64,000 nt of DNA. Origin: Bugula neritina (Eukaryota; Animalia; Bryozoa). Numbering within the stretch: the first letter of the stretch is position 1; each line of letters opens with the position of its first letter. The stretch is from contig OZ037768.1 in the NCBI GenBank assembly GCA_964035545.1, forward strand, positions 7,658,741 to 7,722,740, read 5' to 3'. Below are positions 1 through 13,600 of this stretch, one piece after another. The notes below the pieces were generated by a model that made no database searches, was not told the origin of the DNA, and saw nothing but the letters and a program-made list of their open reading frames with translations. The position numbers and the translations under genes are program-made.

Positions 1-693
1 ATTTACTTTTATGACCACCATGACTAGAGTGTTCCAAAACTTTTTAATCTATAATGGCTCATATTTGAGTAAATTACTGAGTTTTGTGCCACACTTCTCT
101 AGTTAGCTAAACTCACATCCAATTTTTATACCAGTGAATAAGTATTCATAGTTGAACTATGATTGAATTAGCACATTAATAAATGTAGTGTTGAGATCAC
201 CCAGTTGCCCCTGTAGTGTAATGGTGTAGTAACTTTGTGGGTTGAATGAAACTAAGTGCTGAACATGTCTCTTTGTAAGAGAAAACAAGAGGCAAGGTAT
301 TCTTCAGTAGTAGCAATCTTCATTTGTAGCATAAAGTAGTGGTCTTCAACAGGCGAGCTCCAGTGGTAGACTGAACTACACTGGAACTCGCCTGCTTTTA
401 TATACACAAGATAAAAGAAAAAGATCCTTTTGTTGTCCAAAATCGGAGTCGGAAATGCTGATCTTCGGGCAACAACATTTAGTATAAGAAAATTATTACA
501 TGACTTCAAATGGTATTCAGTGCAATTACATTATGCTGAAAGCTTTAACATCAATCACAATACTTAGGCATTAGAAAGCTACCTCAACTTAGTTATAATT
601 ACAGCATTCAAAATGATACACAACAAGTAATTACAATACTGACGAACGCAGTTACTAGAACTTTCCAGAACAATAGGGGATGAAAATCCATTA

Positions 694-752
694 CAATGGT
701 TAGCGCACCTGGTTGCAAACCAGAGGTCTCGGGTTCGAATCCCAGGGAGGAC
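694..752 (+). pseudogene. tRNA-derived fragment (tRNA-Cys(GCA)-like) or SINE head
   Basis: It has a D-loop/A-box-like TGGTTAGCGC, an anticodon arm CTGG-TTGCAAA-CCAG and a B-box GGTTCGAATCC. No 5' acceptor-stem strand is present, so it is not an intact tRNA. Confidence 0.55.
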
Positions 753-828
753 AACATTATTTTATAATTTTGTCAGAAGTTGTAAATTATATTCAAAACT
801 AAAAAGGATGTTTAATAATTATCTGCAG

Positions 829-3800
829 ATTTTGGAAGTTATGAAGAGTATAAGAAAAGTGTTACAGAAGTATCTGGCCCACCCAAGAAGCCTGCTATTC
901 TCTCTCAGACTGGTACAACCTCAGCCGTGGCCATGAGTGAGCGACCTCAGCCAATGGCTAAAAAGCCATCCATTGACTTAGAACTGGCAAAGAAGAAAGC
1001 TGCAGCAAGGGAACGTAGACTAAAAAAGCTACTCAAAGAACAACAATTGAAAGAAGAAAAAGAAAGGCTAGAAAATGAAAAGCAAAATGGCCGCCCTGGG
1101 TCAGACGCTAGCTCCTCTAGTGTCAGGTAAACTCTTTAAAAAAGTTAATTAAATTTTTTTTTAAATCTTGCAAAGTTAGTATACAATGGAAAGTTTGATG
1201 TTGTCATAAGTTTTATGCAGTCGCACTAAACCACCAGTTGCTGTCTTTTAATGACTCACAGAAGTTTTTAGTCACTATCCTTGGGAGAACCCCTAATAAA
1301 AAGATTTTTTTTAAAATGGGCTAAGGACTGTTTTTAATGTGGCACAGGAGCAATTACGATTGGATGTTCTTCCTAACATAACCGCCAGTGGCTGTACTTG
1401 ATTCACTGACCTGGTGCTTACTAGGCCAGCACTCTAACCACTCTACACCATGACTAATCAGCAGATGTGAAATTGTGCCTGTGGGGCGCACAAATAATAC
1501 TTTGGGTATTTAACTGCACGTGTGAATTTTTTGCAGATCAATGCAAGAGTTGGTTGAAGAGGCTGAGAATATTGCTGCTGGAGCATATACTGGATCGAAG
1601 GTGGTTAAAACTTCTAAGATCCGTAAATCTAAGCATTCAGATGTCGTGGCTCCTGAGAAAACTGTAAGGAATGTTGATGAGATTATAGCGAGTCTAAAAA
1701 CTCAGACAATCAAAGGAGAGCTGTACGTTATAAATATTATTTGTTTTCCTATAATTTATATAGCTAGCCGTTTTCTGATTTGTGATCGCTATACCTAGTT
1801 GTCATGTTTTATTAACCAAGACATTTGTTGGTACATATCTTGAGAATATGTTGAAAAATTCTGTTATTATTAGGTTTATTGACTCTAAATACTAAACTAA
1901 AAGTGCTACTGTGTTAATCTAGCGATTGCATCTACTTATTTAAGTTTTGAAATTCTGTTATCTGGTTTCGGAAGTTTTAACATTCTAATGATTGAATAAA
2001 CTACTAAACAATAATTTTGAAAAGATCCTAAATGCCCATGATTTATGCCATTCATATCAAACAGTTTAATTTAATATATACCAGAGAATAACAATCCTAT
2101 TTAAAATGTACTTGATAAATGTTTTTATAGATGTCTTGTCTAGTGAATTATTTAATTTTTCTGAGTAATCATTTTTTTAAAATACTTAATGACTTTTTCA
2201 GTACTAAATACTCGCTTAATACTTTAATGGTGTTACTTGTGCAGTCTTTGCCTTTTTAATACATATAAATGTTTTCACATTATAATAATAAGAATTCCTC
2301 TTATGTAAAGGGAGTCAGAGGCTGATAAACAGATCCGTGAGATTATGGGTAGAGTGATGAAACATGCTACTGCTGTGTTGGGAGATATAGGTTAGTTGGA
2401 TGTATTGACTCTATTTTATCTCCTACAACTTTCAAAACACTAAATATTTTTTTTAGCTTTGCGTAAAAGTTACGTCAAGTTTTGACTTAAAATTTCTCCC
2501 GTGGGCTTATAGTCACTGTCTATGTGAGAATATTTAATGGATTTATTAAGCGGACTAAGAACCTATTTTTTTATTGTGGCAAAAGAACAATTATGACGGA
2601 ATGTCTTTCCCAACATCACCAATGGCCTTTACTAATATTTGAACTATTGGCCTTGTATTTACTAATTATCCAGTGCTCTAACCGAATTTTGACTTACAAT
2701 ACATAATATGAAATATGTAATATAGTTGAAATGAAGCAAACATAACACCTGTTTTAACTAATAGGTACAAAAACTAATATCATCAAATAATTACCACCTT
2801 GAGGTTTTACAGTTTTATAGATTCTATAATACCATATTTGGTGCTTATACTATCTATGTTGTGTAACGATGTGGGGACAATCATCTTTTGTATCTTTGCT
2901 ACAGACACAACCACTGAGAGCCCAACAGTCATGGAGGATTCTGAAAGAGAGGCTGATGATGTCAAAATCAATGAAGAAACTATCACTGATGAAGATCCTT
3001 TACCAAATATTACAGTAGAACCAACTGAAGCTTCTAAAAAAGTTTGTTTACTTTTAATTTCTGAATAATTTTCCATGAAAATACAACACAGAAAGTTACA
3101 GTTCTACTCTGCTGTGTACTGTATGTGCTAGTTTAACCAAAATTTAATAAAGTTTTAAATAAGTTATAACTTATGTATTTTCAAGCAAGCTTTGTATGCA
3201 TCTTTACGGGTTTCAAAGTGTTACGGGAGTATTATTGATCTCTCAATATCACCTATAAATGCGTCTCGACTTAGTTACTGCTACTCTGTGTTTTGAATAA
3301 GATTTTGGTGACTGGGTTATTTGAGCTTATTCTTGACTGTTTATGATATGGATGACTGATTATATTGTTTAGGATGTACCAACAGAGCCGGTTGCTGAAG
3401 CCACACCCTCTCCAATCTTATCTAAACAAAGTGCTGCGAGTAACAAGACTCCCAGCCTGTCAGAGGAAGTCCTCATAGACAGAGTGGAGTCTGCAAATAA
3501 TGAGAAAACTGGTGGCACTGAAGAAGAGAAAGTTCCGGACTTATATGATCTGAGAGCTGCTTACAATGACCTCATTATAACGCCTCAAGTGACGCATGAA
3601 GATATAGTCTCTGTACATGGGAAAGTAAGGTTTAACTCTCGGAGCATTATTCTATTTTGCATGTGTTCAATTTAATTTTGGTGAACTTATGCCATGCTAC
3701 ATATTATGCTACACCTGATAATTTTATTTGTCAGTTTAATCTTAATATTTTTCAAGCAACCTACTGTTAGGGTTTTCTGTGAATGATGTACATACTTGAT

Positions 3801-6800
3801 CAATATATGCCCTTCTTTACATCATAAATTGTTGACCAAAGACCTCTAGATTTGTTCTACTCTTTCTTGTAATATATTCTTTTTAGGTGAAAACGTTTGT
3901 TTCAAAGTTGTTAGATGATGGCAGAAGTGCCCAGGAGGTGAAAAAGCACTTGATAAATGTGCATGATAACGTGAGGTCATACGTATCTAAACATGGCGCC
4001 ACCAGAACTGAGCCCGCTGCGAGAATGCCGGAGTATAAAGTACCAAACTATACCAGAAATGTGCACTATTTCTGTACAGCTAAACATGGTGTACAGGTAT
4101 GGCCATACCTCTTTTTCATGACAGAAACTCAAGTCAAAATATAAATATATTCAAATTATAATATAAATATCACCATTTGACAAGAATCTTGTAACTTTTC
4201 TAATGCAACTAGAGTTTAACTTACTTAGTTACAGTCATTTAGAAGAAAAGATAACAGTATTGTATTGGCATCATACAAGTTTACTGTATTATCTTTGCTA
4301 CATACTTTGTTGGAAATATCACTGAATAAAGTATGTATGGATGTTTTTTTAATATTTGAGTTTTTGTTGGAAATAATTACTTTTGTGACATATTTCTGTT
4401 AGTTATGCATTGCAGGTGCTCAGTTCAAAATCATAATGAAGCAGGTCGATTTTGCCAATAACCTCTAGTGGCTATCAATTTAGGTGTACATCTCACATCT
4501 CCACGGTTTCATGTTCTATGATTATACGTAGATGCCTTCTGAGATGGCTAAAGCTGTGCGCCTGTATCATGCACCAGATATGTTTAAGAGAGCATTAAAA
4601 GACAGTTGGGTACTGAATGAGCATTACCTAGCAACCAATGATGCTAATCAGGATCACTCGTTTCAAGTCAGTGAAGAAGCAGATATAATAAGTGACTCTA
4701 ATCTGGCTCGTAGAAGGAGTGCTGCAGCCAGAGCTATTCTAGACGAAGCTTCCGCTGGTGAAATATTATAATACCGTTTCTTTTTACAAAGTCATTTGCG
4801 ATTTTTGCATAATTTAGGAAGCTAAAAATATTTTAAACTGCATATCAATATGTTCACCAAAAACATAAATACTATAGTATAGAAAAACAAGATTTTTTTA
4901 TTAGTAAACTATGCAAGAGTAAATTATGCTTCAATTAGCCCTTTTTATACATTTTTGTCTTCTTATATTGTAAAATGAACTTTTTTTGTGTAAAAAAGGA
5001 ATCATTTGGTTAAAACCATTAAGTCTCAATTAGTTGGTTATAAATCAAAAATTGTTAAGATGCAGAAGACCTTCCAATGGTTTACACAAGTTTGTAGCAC
5101 AAATCAATGTCAATAATTGATTGATCTGATAGCATCTGCTTTGGAATCTTTCAGCCGGAGGTATTGGTTACAGCAGATGGAGAGAGAAAGCTCAAGAGCT
5201 GTTCCAAGACAACAGAGACATGTCAGTCACTGGTACTAAAACCGGCATCATACTTGATGAAAGTAAAACATTCTGGAGCACAGCTCCCCCTAAGGTATCA
5301 GCGGTTCTTATTATAACTTTTAAACTAGCTGTATAGCTTCACTCTTCATGGGTTCGAACCCCAGTAAAGGTCATTCATTGGTAATGTTAGGAAGAGCATT
5401 CAGTCATAGTTGCTCCTGTGCAATATGAACAAGTCCTTAGCCCAAATTAACAAAAACCCTTTCTATCAGGGGTTCTCACAGGGATAGTAACTATAAACTT
5501 ATGTAAGTTTTTTTATAGCTTCACTAGAAAACCTTGTTGTGCTACCATTACTTATTCTTGCATCTGTATTAATATGTCATGGAAGTTTGAAATTCTTGCA
5601 TTTATTCTGCTGTTCATGCAGTGATTATTCTATGATATGTGATTATAGATGTGTGTGAGACCGGCGTATGTAAGACAGCATCTGTTTCCCGAGTATTACG
5701 GAGCAGTTGTGGAGGATGAAGGACTTCATACAGACAAAGCTCTGGAGGATAATGATGATATGTTTTCAGATGGTGAAGATGAAAAAGAGGCTGGAAAAGA
5801 CATGGAGGAACAAGGGAACATAGAGCGGTAAGCTTATGCCTCTGCTTAGCATTATTGCGTATGTCTTTATATTTTACTTTATAGAATCTGTCAACAGATT
5901 ACTAATTTTAGCAAATCTTTATTTTGGTCATTGTATAATAAGTCTTTTTGAAAAAAGTTTTCAAAGTCAACCTATTCTGAAAACTTTGATTTCACACTTG
6001 TTAATTTGAGCTTACAGCCAGTCTTGTAATGAGTTTTCTTGTTTTTTAGTCACTCAGTCAATCATAATATACCAGTTAATAAAATATCTGGTTAGTCAGA
6101 TGTTGATAAACATACAAAATATACTCTACATTGGTTACTAAAAATAGTAATGGTAAAATACTTACTGCCCAGTTTTTGACCTGCCTTTAGAGTAGAAGTA
6201 GAAGATGCCAAGATTGAGGTACATAAAATCAGTCTCTCTGTTTACAGGATTTTGCTGAGAAGACACCACTCTGCTCAAGATCTTACTCACTCACTGAAAG
6301 TACAGATAGAAAGAGAGGCGAAGAAACAGGCTAAAGCTAATGCTATGTTTAATGAGGTAGTAACTTCTTATTAGTCAACTAGAAAGAATGCACACCATTC
6401 TAAAATAAATGTGTGCTACTTTTACTGAAACTAAATGCAAGATGTATGCTGACATATATTTATAGTCTACACTTGATGATACCAAATCTGAAGAAAAAGA
6501 GGCTGATGGGAGCGACGTTGAGCGCATTACTCCCGAGATGGAAAAAGATAAATTACGTAAGCAATGTGAAGTAAAGCTAAATTGTTTTAAGTTTATTTAT
6601 GAACTATCATGCTAACACCATACTATGTTTGCTAGGTTAGTTGATAATGGGAAGTGTAATAAATTTGATATGTAATGTAATAAGTATAAGACTAATAAAT
6701 ATAAAACTATCTCCCTTTCTGGTTAATTCTACACAATAGCATTATATATGTTTTTGTAGACTTTGCAACACGCACTATATGTAATATAAATAATTTTAAT

Positions 6801-9800
6801 AATTAATATAAATTACTTTGAATCCATAGTATACATTTAAATGAGAAATTATGTCAATATTGCAAGGCGCCTGTTACAGTAGCATAGCATCAGTAACTTA
6901 TACCTTAGAATGTATATAATATATTACATTCATTTCATTTCTGTCTATGATATAATAAAGAAGAAGTATATAAGACTACATATTATAATCTATGCTGAAT
7001 TACAGAGGCCAGCAGTAAAGTTATCTACAGCAAATCTATGGACAGTCCATCTAAAGTCCTGGTCTCAGACTCCACACTGTCTACATATTCTAAAGACACT
7101 AAGACTGCTTCTACAAGATTCCTCACAGAGGAAGAGATTTTCCCAGTGGAGCTTTTACCGTATGTTTTGGTTGCAGATTTATGTCATTGCCAAGTTCATC
7201 ATGTTTTTAAAATTGCTATATTTTGCAGTAATGTAAGGCTATCTATTTTTTTTAGGCATGTATATATTATCATTGAATACATTTTAGCATGCTTACTTAT
7301 AAATACAGTGCATACTGATAATGTAAAAAGGCAATTCATGTAGTTTTAAAGTTTTTATTTATTAAGGCTTTTTGAAACTTCAATTAATTTTTAAATTTTA
7401 TTACATGTTACTAAATTCCTTTTTGAACGAGTAAAGTTATCAAAGTTTGGACTACTTTAGATTATTCCTTTATTGATTACCAGGCGTAGTTCTTCCGCCC
7501 CTTCTCTCATTGAGCTGAGTGATGATTTTGTGGCTATTCCTGAGGACTATGTGTCTGCTATGAGCGAGCTGGACAGGCAGAGGAGGCAAATTAAGGAGAT
7601 GAAAGTCAATAAAGCTAATCGAGAGCTCATGGCTTTGCAGATAGACGAGGAAAAAGAAGATGCAGAGGTACGTGTCTTATGCAGGAGTTGTGTGAGTAGA
7701 CTTTCTTTATTCCTCGTCTATCTCGGCTCTGTGCTGTTTGAGTACCGGTTTGCTTTCTTTATGAATTTTAGTTATATAATGCCCCAGAATTGGTTTTTCT
7801 GTAGAAATCAATTTTTTTAATAATTTTGGTCAGTTTGCTTTTTTGTAAATGCACTAAATTCTTGTGATGGAGGAAAATGTTTTATATAAATTTAGAAACT
7901 GTTGAAAAAATTACATTATTTGTTAAAAAATACTTCCATAATAATATTACTTTTAATTTCCACTCAGGGTGCAACATTATAGTAATAATATTAACAAAAT
8001 GACAGTTTGACTGTTTGACTATTAAACTATAGTTTATTAGTAGTAATAGTGTTGTTTGAGCGATAGCATAATAATATTACAAAGAATACACACTATATTA
8101 AAATCTGCTTATTTCAGGTCTATTTTCTAAGTGATGACGAGACTAGTCAAAAAAGAAAGGAGTTAGGCAAGTTATCATATTATATTATAACTAAATATAA
8201 TGCATTAGTTTATATTGAAAAAATTAGTAACAAAATATGTTTTGCTTTAAAACTCTTCAATTCTTACAGATCCAGATACTAAGGCTATATCTACAGCAGG
8301 TTTGAAAGGACTTATTTTACGTGATATTAGATTTGGTGCAGTAGTTTGTTTAGATGCTTCACAAGTTAATGTTTTTACAGTCTTTTGCCTTACTACATGA
8401 GTTGTAGCAGTGAGTTTATATTGCAAGGTGTCTAACATTGCTAAAGTTGGAGTGTGTGATGTTAACATCTACAAAGTTGGTGGGGTACTTTGATTGCGTT
8501 TATAAACACATGAGGTTTCCAAAACAATTGATAGATATTTGCTTTCAATTTATACTGTACACGTTTGCAATAAATTGTTTGGAATGTCTTTGGTTGTTTG
8601 TACTTTTAATTATCAAGTGTGCAGATAAATCTGTTTGTATTTAATTCCTTAATTTATTTGCGTTTGTCAAACAAGTTTGTAAAATATATGCTGGTTTTTC
8701 TTTGGAAATATAATAATAGCTCTCTGAATTTTAAGGTAATAAAAGGAGACAGTTTTACTTTTGTTATTAGCTTTTAGTATGAGATTGACAGGATAATATG
8801 ACCTGTTTAGCAATTATTATAAACTAACTGCTTCTGGATACCTTTCTCTCACTAAGTGTAGAGCTCCTGAAATACACATAATTGTGAGAGAACTCAGATA
8901 TTGTTATTTATTGGATACACAATTGCGTTTAAAATAATATTGGATAACATATTTTGAGTGGCGACAGCTAATGGTGTTTTTACTTCAATTTTATAGCGTT
9001 TATAAGTTATTTCTTATTTAAAACTTGCAACTGACTTTGTTAACTTACAGTGAAATGGAATATTGATGTAGAAAGGCTTTCCAGCAGATCGGGCATGTAT
9101 CTTGTTTTTAGAATATTCTCTTTCTACTTTCTCTCTTCTGACCGTTATTCGGTTGCATTCCTGTCATTCGTGTTTAATTTTCATACCTAAAGCTGTAATA
9201 TACAAGTTTCTATTTACTTTTATTATATCTGCTATAATTATATTCTAATTGTAAAAAAAGGTTGCAAAATTATGAGGCTTTGTTGTGCTCTGCCTTCAGT
9301 CTGGAGATATTTAAAAAAAAGTATTAGTGTTCTATTTTTTCTAGACTACTAACTTCTATGGACTATTTAGTTAGTTGTTTATGTAAGCCGGTTTACATTT
9401 ATGTGTGGCTTTGCTGTACAGAGTACATGTGGCTCTTCTTTCTCCGCTACTAATCCATCTGCTAATGGTGTCGCAGGCTGCATATCTCGTGATACATTAG
9501 CTGTTTCACATTGTATACCAGACTTCTTTTGGTTGCTCAAATTGTACATAAAAATTTATAGCAACTTTGACAAAAGTGATACACGTGTATATAATTGAAA
9601 CACTAATTTTATGAATGTGCTGACGTCTTTTAATTTTTTTGTTTTGGTAGTCAACACTCATTTTTGTTGAACTGTTTTGCAAATGACAAAATAAAAACAG
9701 TATTTTTGACATTTCAAGGAAAAAATGTTAAGTTTTGTAACAATATTTTGATCAAACCAAAAATGTATTTGTTCGCATTTGAATAGGGTAGATACAATAC

Positions 9801-10548
9801 CACATTACTTAAAAAATTGATATACACAACAGTTTAGTAGATTTTATGGTCTAGCAGTGTAGTCAATTTAATGATTTGACTTATTCAACAGATAGGTGGT
9901 GTGTTCAACAGATAGGTCTATTCAACAGATATGTATATTCAACAGATAGATGTATTTAACATATAGATGTATTCAACAGATAGGTGGTATTCAACAGATA
10001 GATGTATTCAACAGTTTAGTGTAGTAGAAGGTGTTAACACTTTAAATATACTCTGTAGTGTCATTGAAGCCATCTCTGGCAGAACAGGCTTTGAATGCTG
10101 GGAGAAACTACGTGGTAATCAAGAAAAAGAAACGAAAAACTGAAAAAGCCAAGAAGCCTGTGGACTTTTCTCGACTTGAAGAGATTGAGAAGTTTTTGTA
10201 CTCTCCCGCTAATCCCTTGACAAGATCTACTTCAAAATATAACTTGAGGAAAGGTTTGTAAATATCTGGTGTAGCTTCCAAGTATTACTTCTTGTTCGTA
10301 AGTGATGGAAAGTTTCATGCACATGTAATATAATTTCAACTTTCAGCCCTTTTGATTTCTTGTTTCTAGTTGTTTTGCTTTAAATTAAATATACATGTGT
10401 ATACTGGTTCGATCATAACTATATAGTGCTTGTAAGCATGAGGTAGGTGCAGTAATGGAGAAATTGAGAAAAGCTTGCCATAATAAGTCTATTCTCGTAC
10501 TGATTCCTTATCCACTCAAGTGTTATTTGTATTACCGCTAGTATATAC

Positions 10549-10604
<56 letters not shown>

Positions 10605-13600
10605 GCAGCATTGTGTATTCATGTTTCTACAGTGTTGCCTGAGAGAGCATTGCGAGTTCCGCAGCATGTTAGAGATCGTAGACGTGGTAGTATACCAGAC
10701 TTACTCAACTGGGAAGAATACACCAGCAGAAATGAAATGCCTGTAATATATATTTGATATAATATAATATAATATAATATATTGTAATATTATATATTGT
10801 AGTATGATAAATAATGCAAATCTATTTACACGCATAAGGAAGTTCTCTATTTGTAGAAAAGATAAAATCATATTACTGAAAGTTTGATCAATTAGTTGAA
10901 ACGTTGTTATTATTAACTGAATAGATACATAAAATTCATATATTATATATTAGATAATGTTATATACCAAGTACTGCATTGTATTGTAGATAGTATTGAT
11001 ATTATATACTAGTACTATAGTATATAATATATACATTAGATAGCTACATATAGTTTTACAATACTAAACAATTTATGTTGACACGCTCTATACCTTTTCT
11101 GAATGTGAAAATTTGTTTAGTAAATAATATTTTAATTAACCAATAATACCGCTTGTTATACAACTAGTATATAGCTAACAAGGCACAGCATGCCTTCTGA
11201 TACAGTGTATGACAGTATACATCTGCAATGCGTCATCGTTTCTAACTGTAGGAGGACGCTGACCAACGAGAGTGGGCCCGAGATGTTTGGAACTTTTGGT
11301 TTGACGAAACATTTCCTCCTGAAGTTGAAGGATCTGAGAATGAAGAAGAGTAGGCATATAATAATATACAATATTGTAATTGAGTGCTGTGGAATAGAGC
11401 AGTACTAACTTTGATTGGTAACCTTTGTTTAAGGTCAAGTGAGAAAGATGACACTGCTGATGACCATGTAGATGCAGCTCAGAAAGAGGCTGACAACTCC
11501 TCAGCTAAACGTGAAAGCATCCCATCAGTGCAGAGTGAGAAGAACCTTATCTCTGATGAAGAATTCTCTAGGTATGTGTATGCAGACGGTTGTTACATGT
11601 TGAACTGATTGTATAGAATGCTGTTCCCTCTCCTTACTCTGATGACAACATTATACAACTCACCTTGAACTTGCCCAGTTTTCGACACTCCACTGTGTGG
11701 TAACTAAACAAGTTTTTTATTTAAGTAATTGCATTATTACGCGTATGCTTACAAACTCAGCCAATTTTGACGAACCACATAAATCATCATAAAAGTTTTA
11801 CTTGGCAATTATTTAACCACATGGTAAACCATTTTGTCAAACTTGTATCCGACGTTTGTTTGGTTCTATGCACATTTTCACATGATGTGATTTTTACCTA
11901 TTATATTACCTTTATTCTATGTGGAATACTTTTTTGGTAAACTCTATTAAATTACCAAAGCCATAGTAAAATCGCTATGTTGTTTTATCCTTTGTGATAG
12001 TGACACCAAACCGTCCACAATCACCCAATCGTATTACAAAACACAGTTAGTTTTACTTGGAACAGTTTTGACAAAGTCCAGAAAAAGTTTTTGTTCAGTA
12101 AAAGCATACTAGGCACCGGCTACATGCACAGCTAATGTCTGTATAAAATGTTTATTCTTGTTATTGGGATTCTTTCTATTTCTATTTCTATGGTTTAGAA
12201 TTGAGTCATTAGAGCCGCTATCTGATGAAACAGAAGATGAAATGGTGATGAGAGAGGCTCTAGAAGATGAGGCAAACAAGGTTAAAGAAAGAATGCAGAG
12301 CCAAAGCCAACCTCTTCCCTTTGATTTCTGCAGACTTGGCGCTATTCAACGCAAGGTTCGTATTGCATCATCATTTTAGCTTACTGTAGTTATGTTGTTG
12401 CATGGCCCATGCTCTTTGGAAATGAATACTGTTGGGTGGCGGTAAGAAAGCCCTTCATTATCAGAATTTAATAGGAAGTCAGGCTCCTAGAACGAACAGA
12501 CTTGCTTTTCTCCTGGTAGTCGTATTTGTTTCAAGTTTCAATTCACAAGTATTTAAACTTTATTGAAACTTTTTAGCAAAAAACAAGTTTTATATGTGAT
12601 ATATAGTCAGCTCCTTGTCAGCTTAAGGTAAATTATGACTGCAGGTAGAGATGCACATGATAATAAATATAGCTGTGATTACATGTAGTAGTCTTTGTTC
12701 CAGCTTGGCCAACTGAAGTCAGCACGACAAAACCTTGACAAAGCCTTAGAACTGGAACCGTCTTTAGTGCATGCGTACTGGCAAAGACATCTCCTCTTTT
12801 TATTACAAGGAAAGAAAACTGAAGCTGTTGAAGACCTCAATCATATTTTGAAAGTCAACAGGCTACATGCTGGCGCTTACATTTCGAGGCTAGTTGATTT
12901 CTGACCAATTAGAATGAGTTGTTTTTTAGTTATCACCCAATAGAATTGCCTGCTCGAAAGATAAATAGCATAGGGTTTATCATATTTAATATTCAAGCAT
13001 GTTAGTAACAGATAATTTAGTTTTGAAATGCTAAAAGTAGAAAATTGGATCAGTTATGATTAACAAGCTGTATTAAAGTATGCTGGTGGTTAAGGAGTAA
13101 CTGGTGAATGTTTTAGGGCTGAACTGTTGGTGGATGAGGATCCTACAATGGCTGTCACTAATTTGACTCAGGCTATCAAGATACAGCCTAATAATGCTGA
13201 CATTTATCTAAGAAGAGCAAAGCTATACCAGGACCGCCAGCAGGTAAAAGACATCTCCTGGGAATTGTATTTAATCAAAGATATTTTCCTCTAAAATAAT
13301 GCGACATGTATTAAAGTTGTGGCAAAACTTATTCTAAATTATAAAAAAGATAGCTAACCGAGCAAAAATTGCTTATTGTACTATTCACATAAAATTCTTT
13401 TATGCAGTCATAATAATATTATCAAAAAAGTTATTTGAAAATCTAAATTCTAGACTAAATAAATAGCATGCATAAATATTATGCCACTATATGCTTTATT
13501 AATATAATAAAACAGACAATTCTTAAAATGTGCACGCTGTTAATAACATTAATAGTTCGAGTAATTTTCGTGTAATATTCTAAATTTCATAATATCATAG

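Noticed and set aside
350-400. Rho-independent terminator (hairpin plus T-run)
   Set aside because: The context is a eukaryotic intron and the T-run is only four bases.
694-752. Functional tRNA-Cys gene
   Set aside because: No acceptor stem and an imperfect T-stem; kept only as a tRNA-derived fragment.
9401-9598. GC-richer ORF as an extra TTC6 exon
   Set aside because: I found no acceptor/donor pair compatible with the phase-1 flanks, and it is not needed for frame continuity.
9882-10014. CRISPR-like direct repeats
   Set aside because: Head-to-tail 17-bp units without spacers; an ordinary minisatellite.
11700-12140. Helitron-like or other degraded DNA-transposon fragment (similar hints at 17740-17950 and 61720-61880)
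   Set aside because: The composition suggests old repeats, but I could not show termini, a TSD or a second copy in this window.
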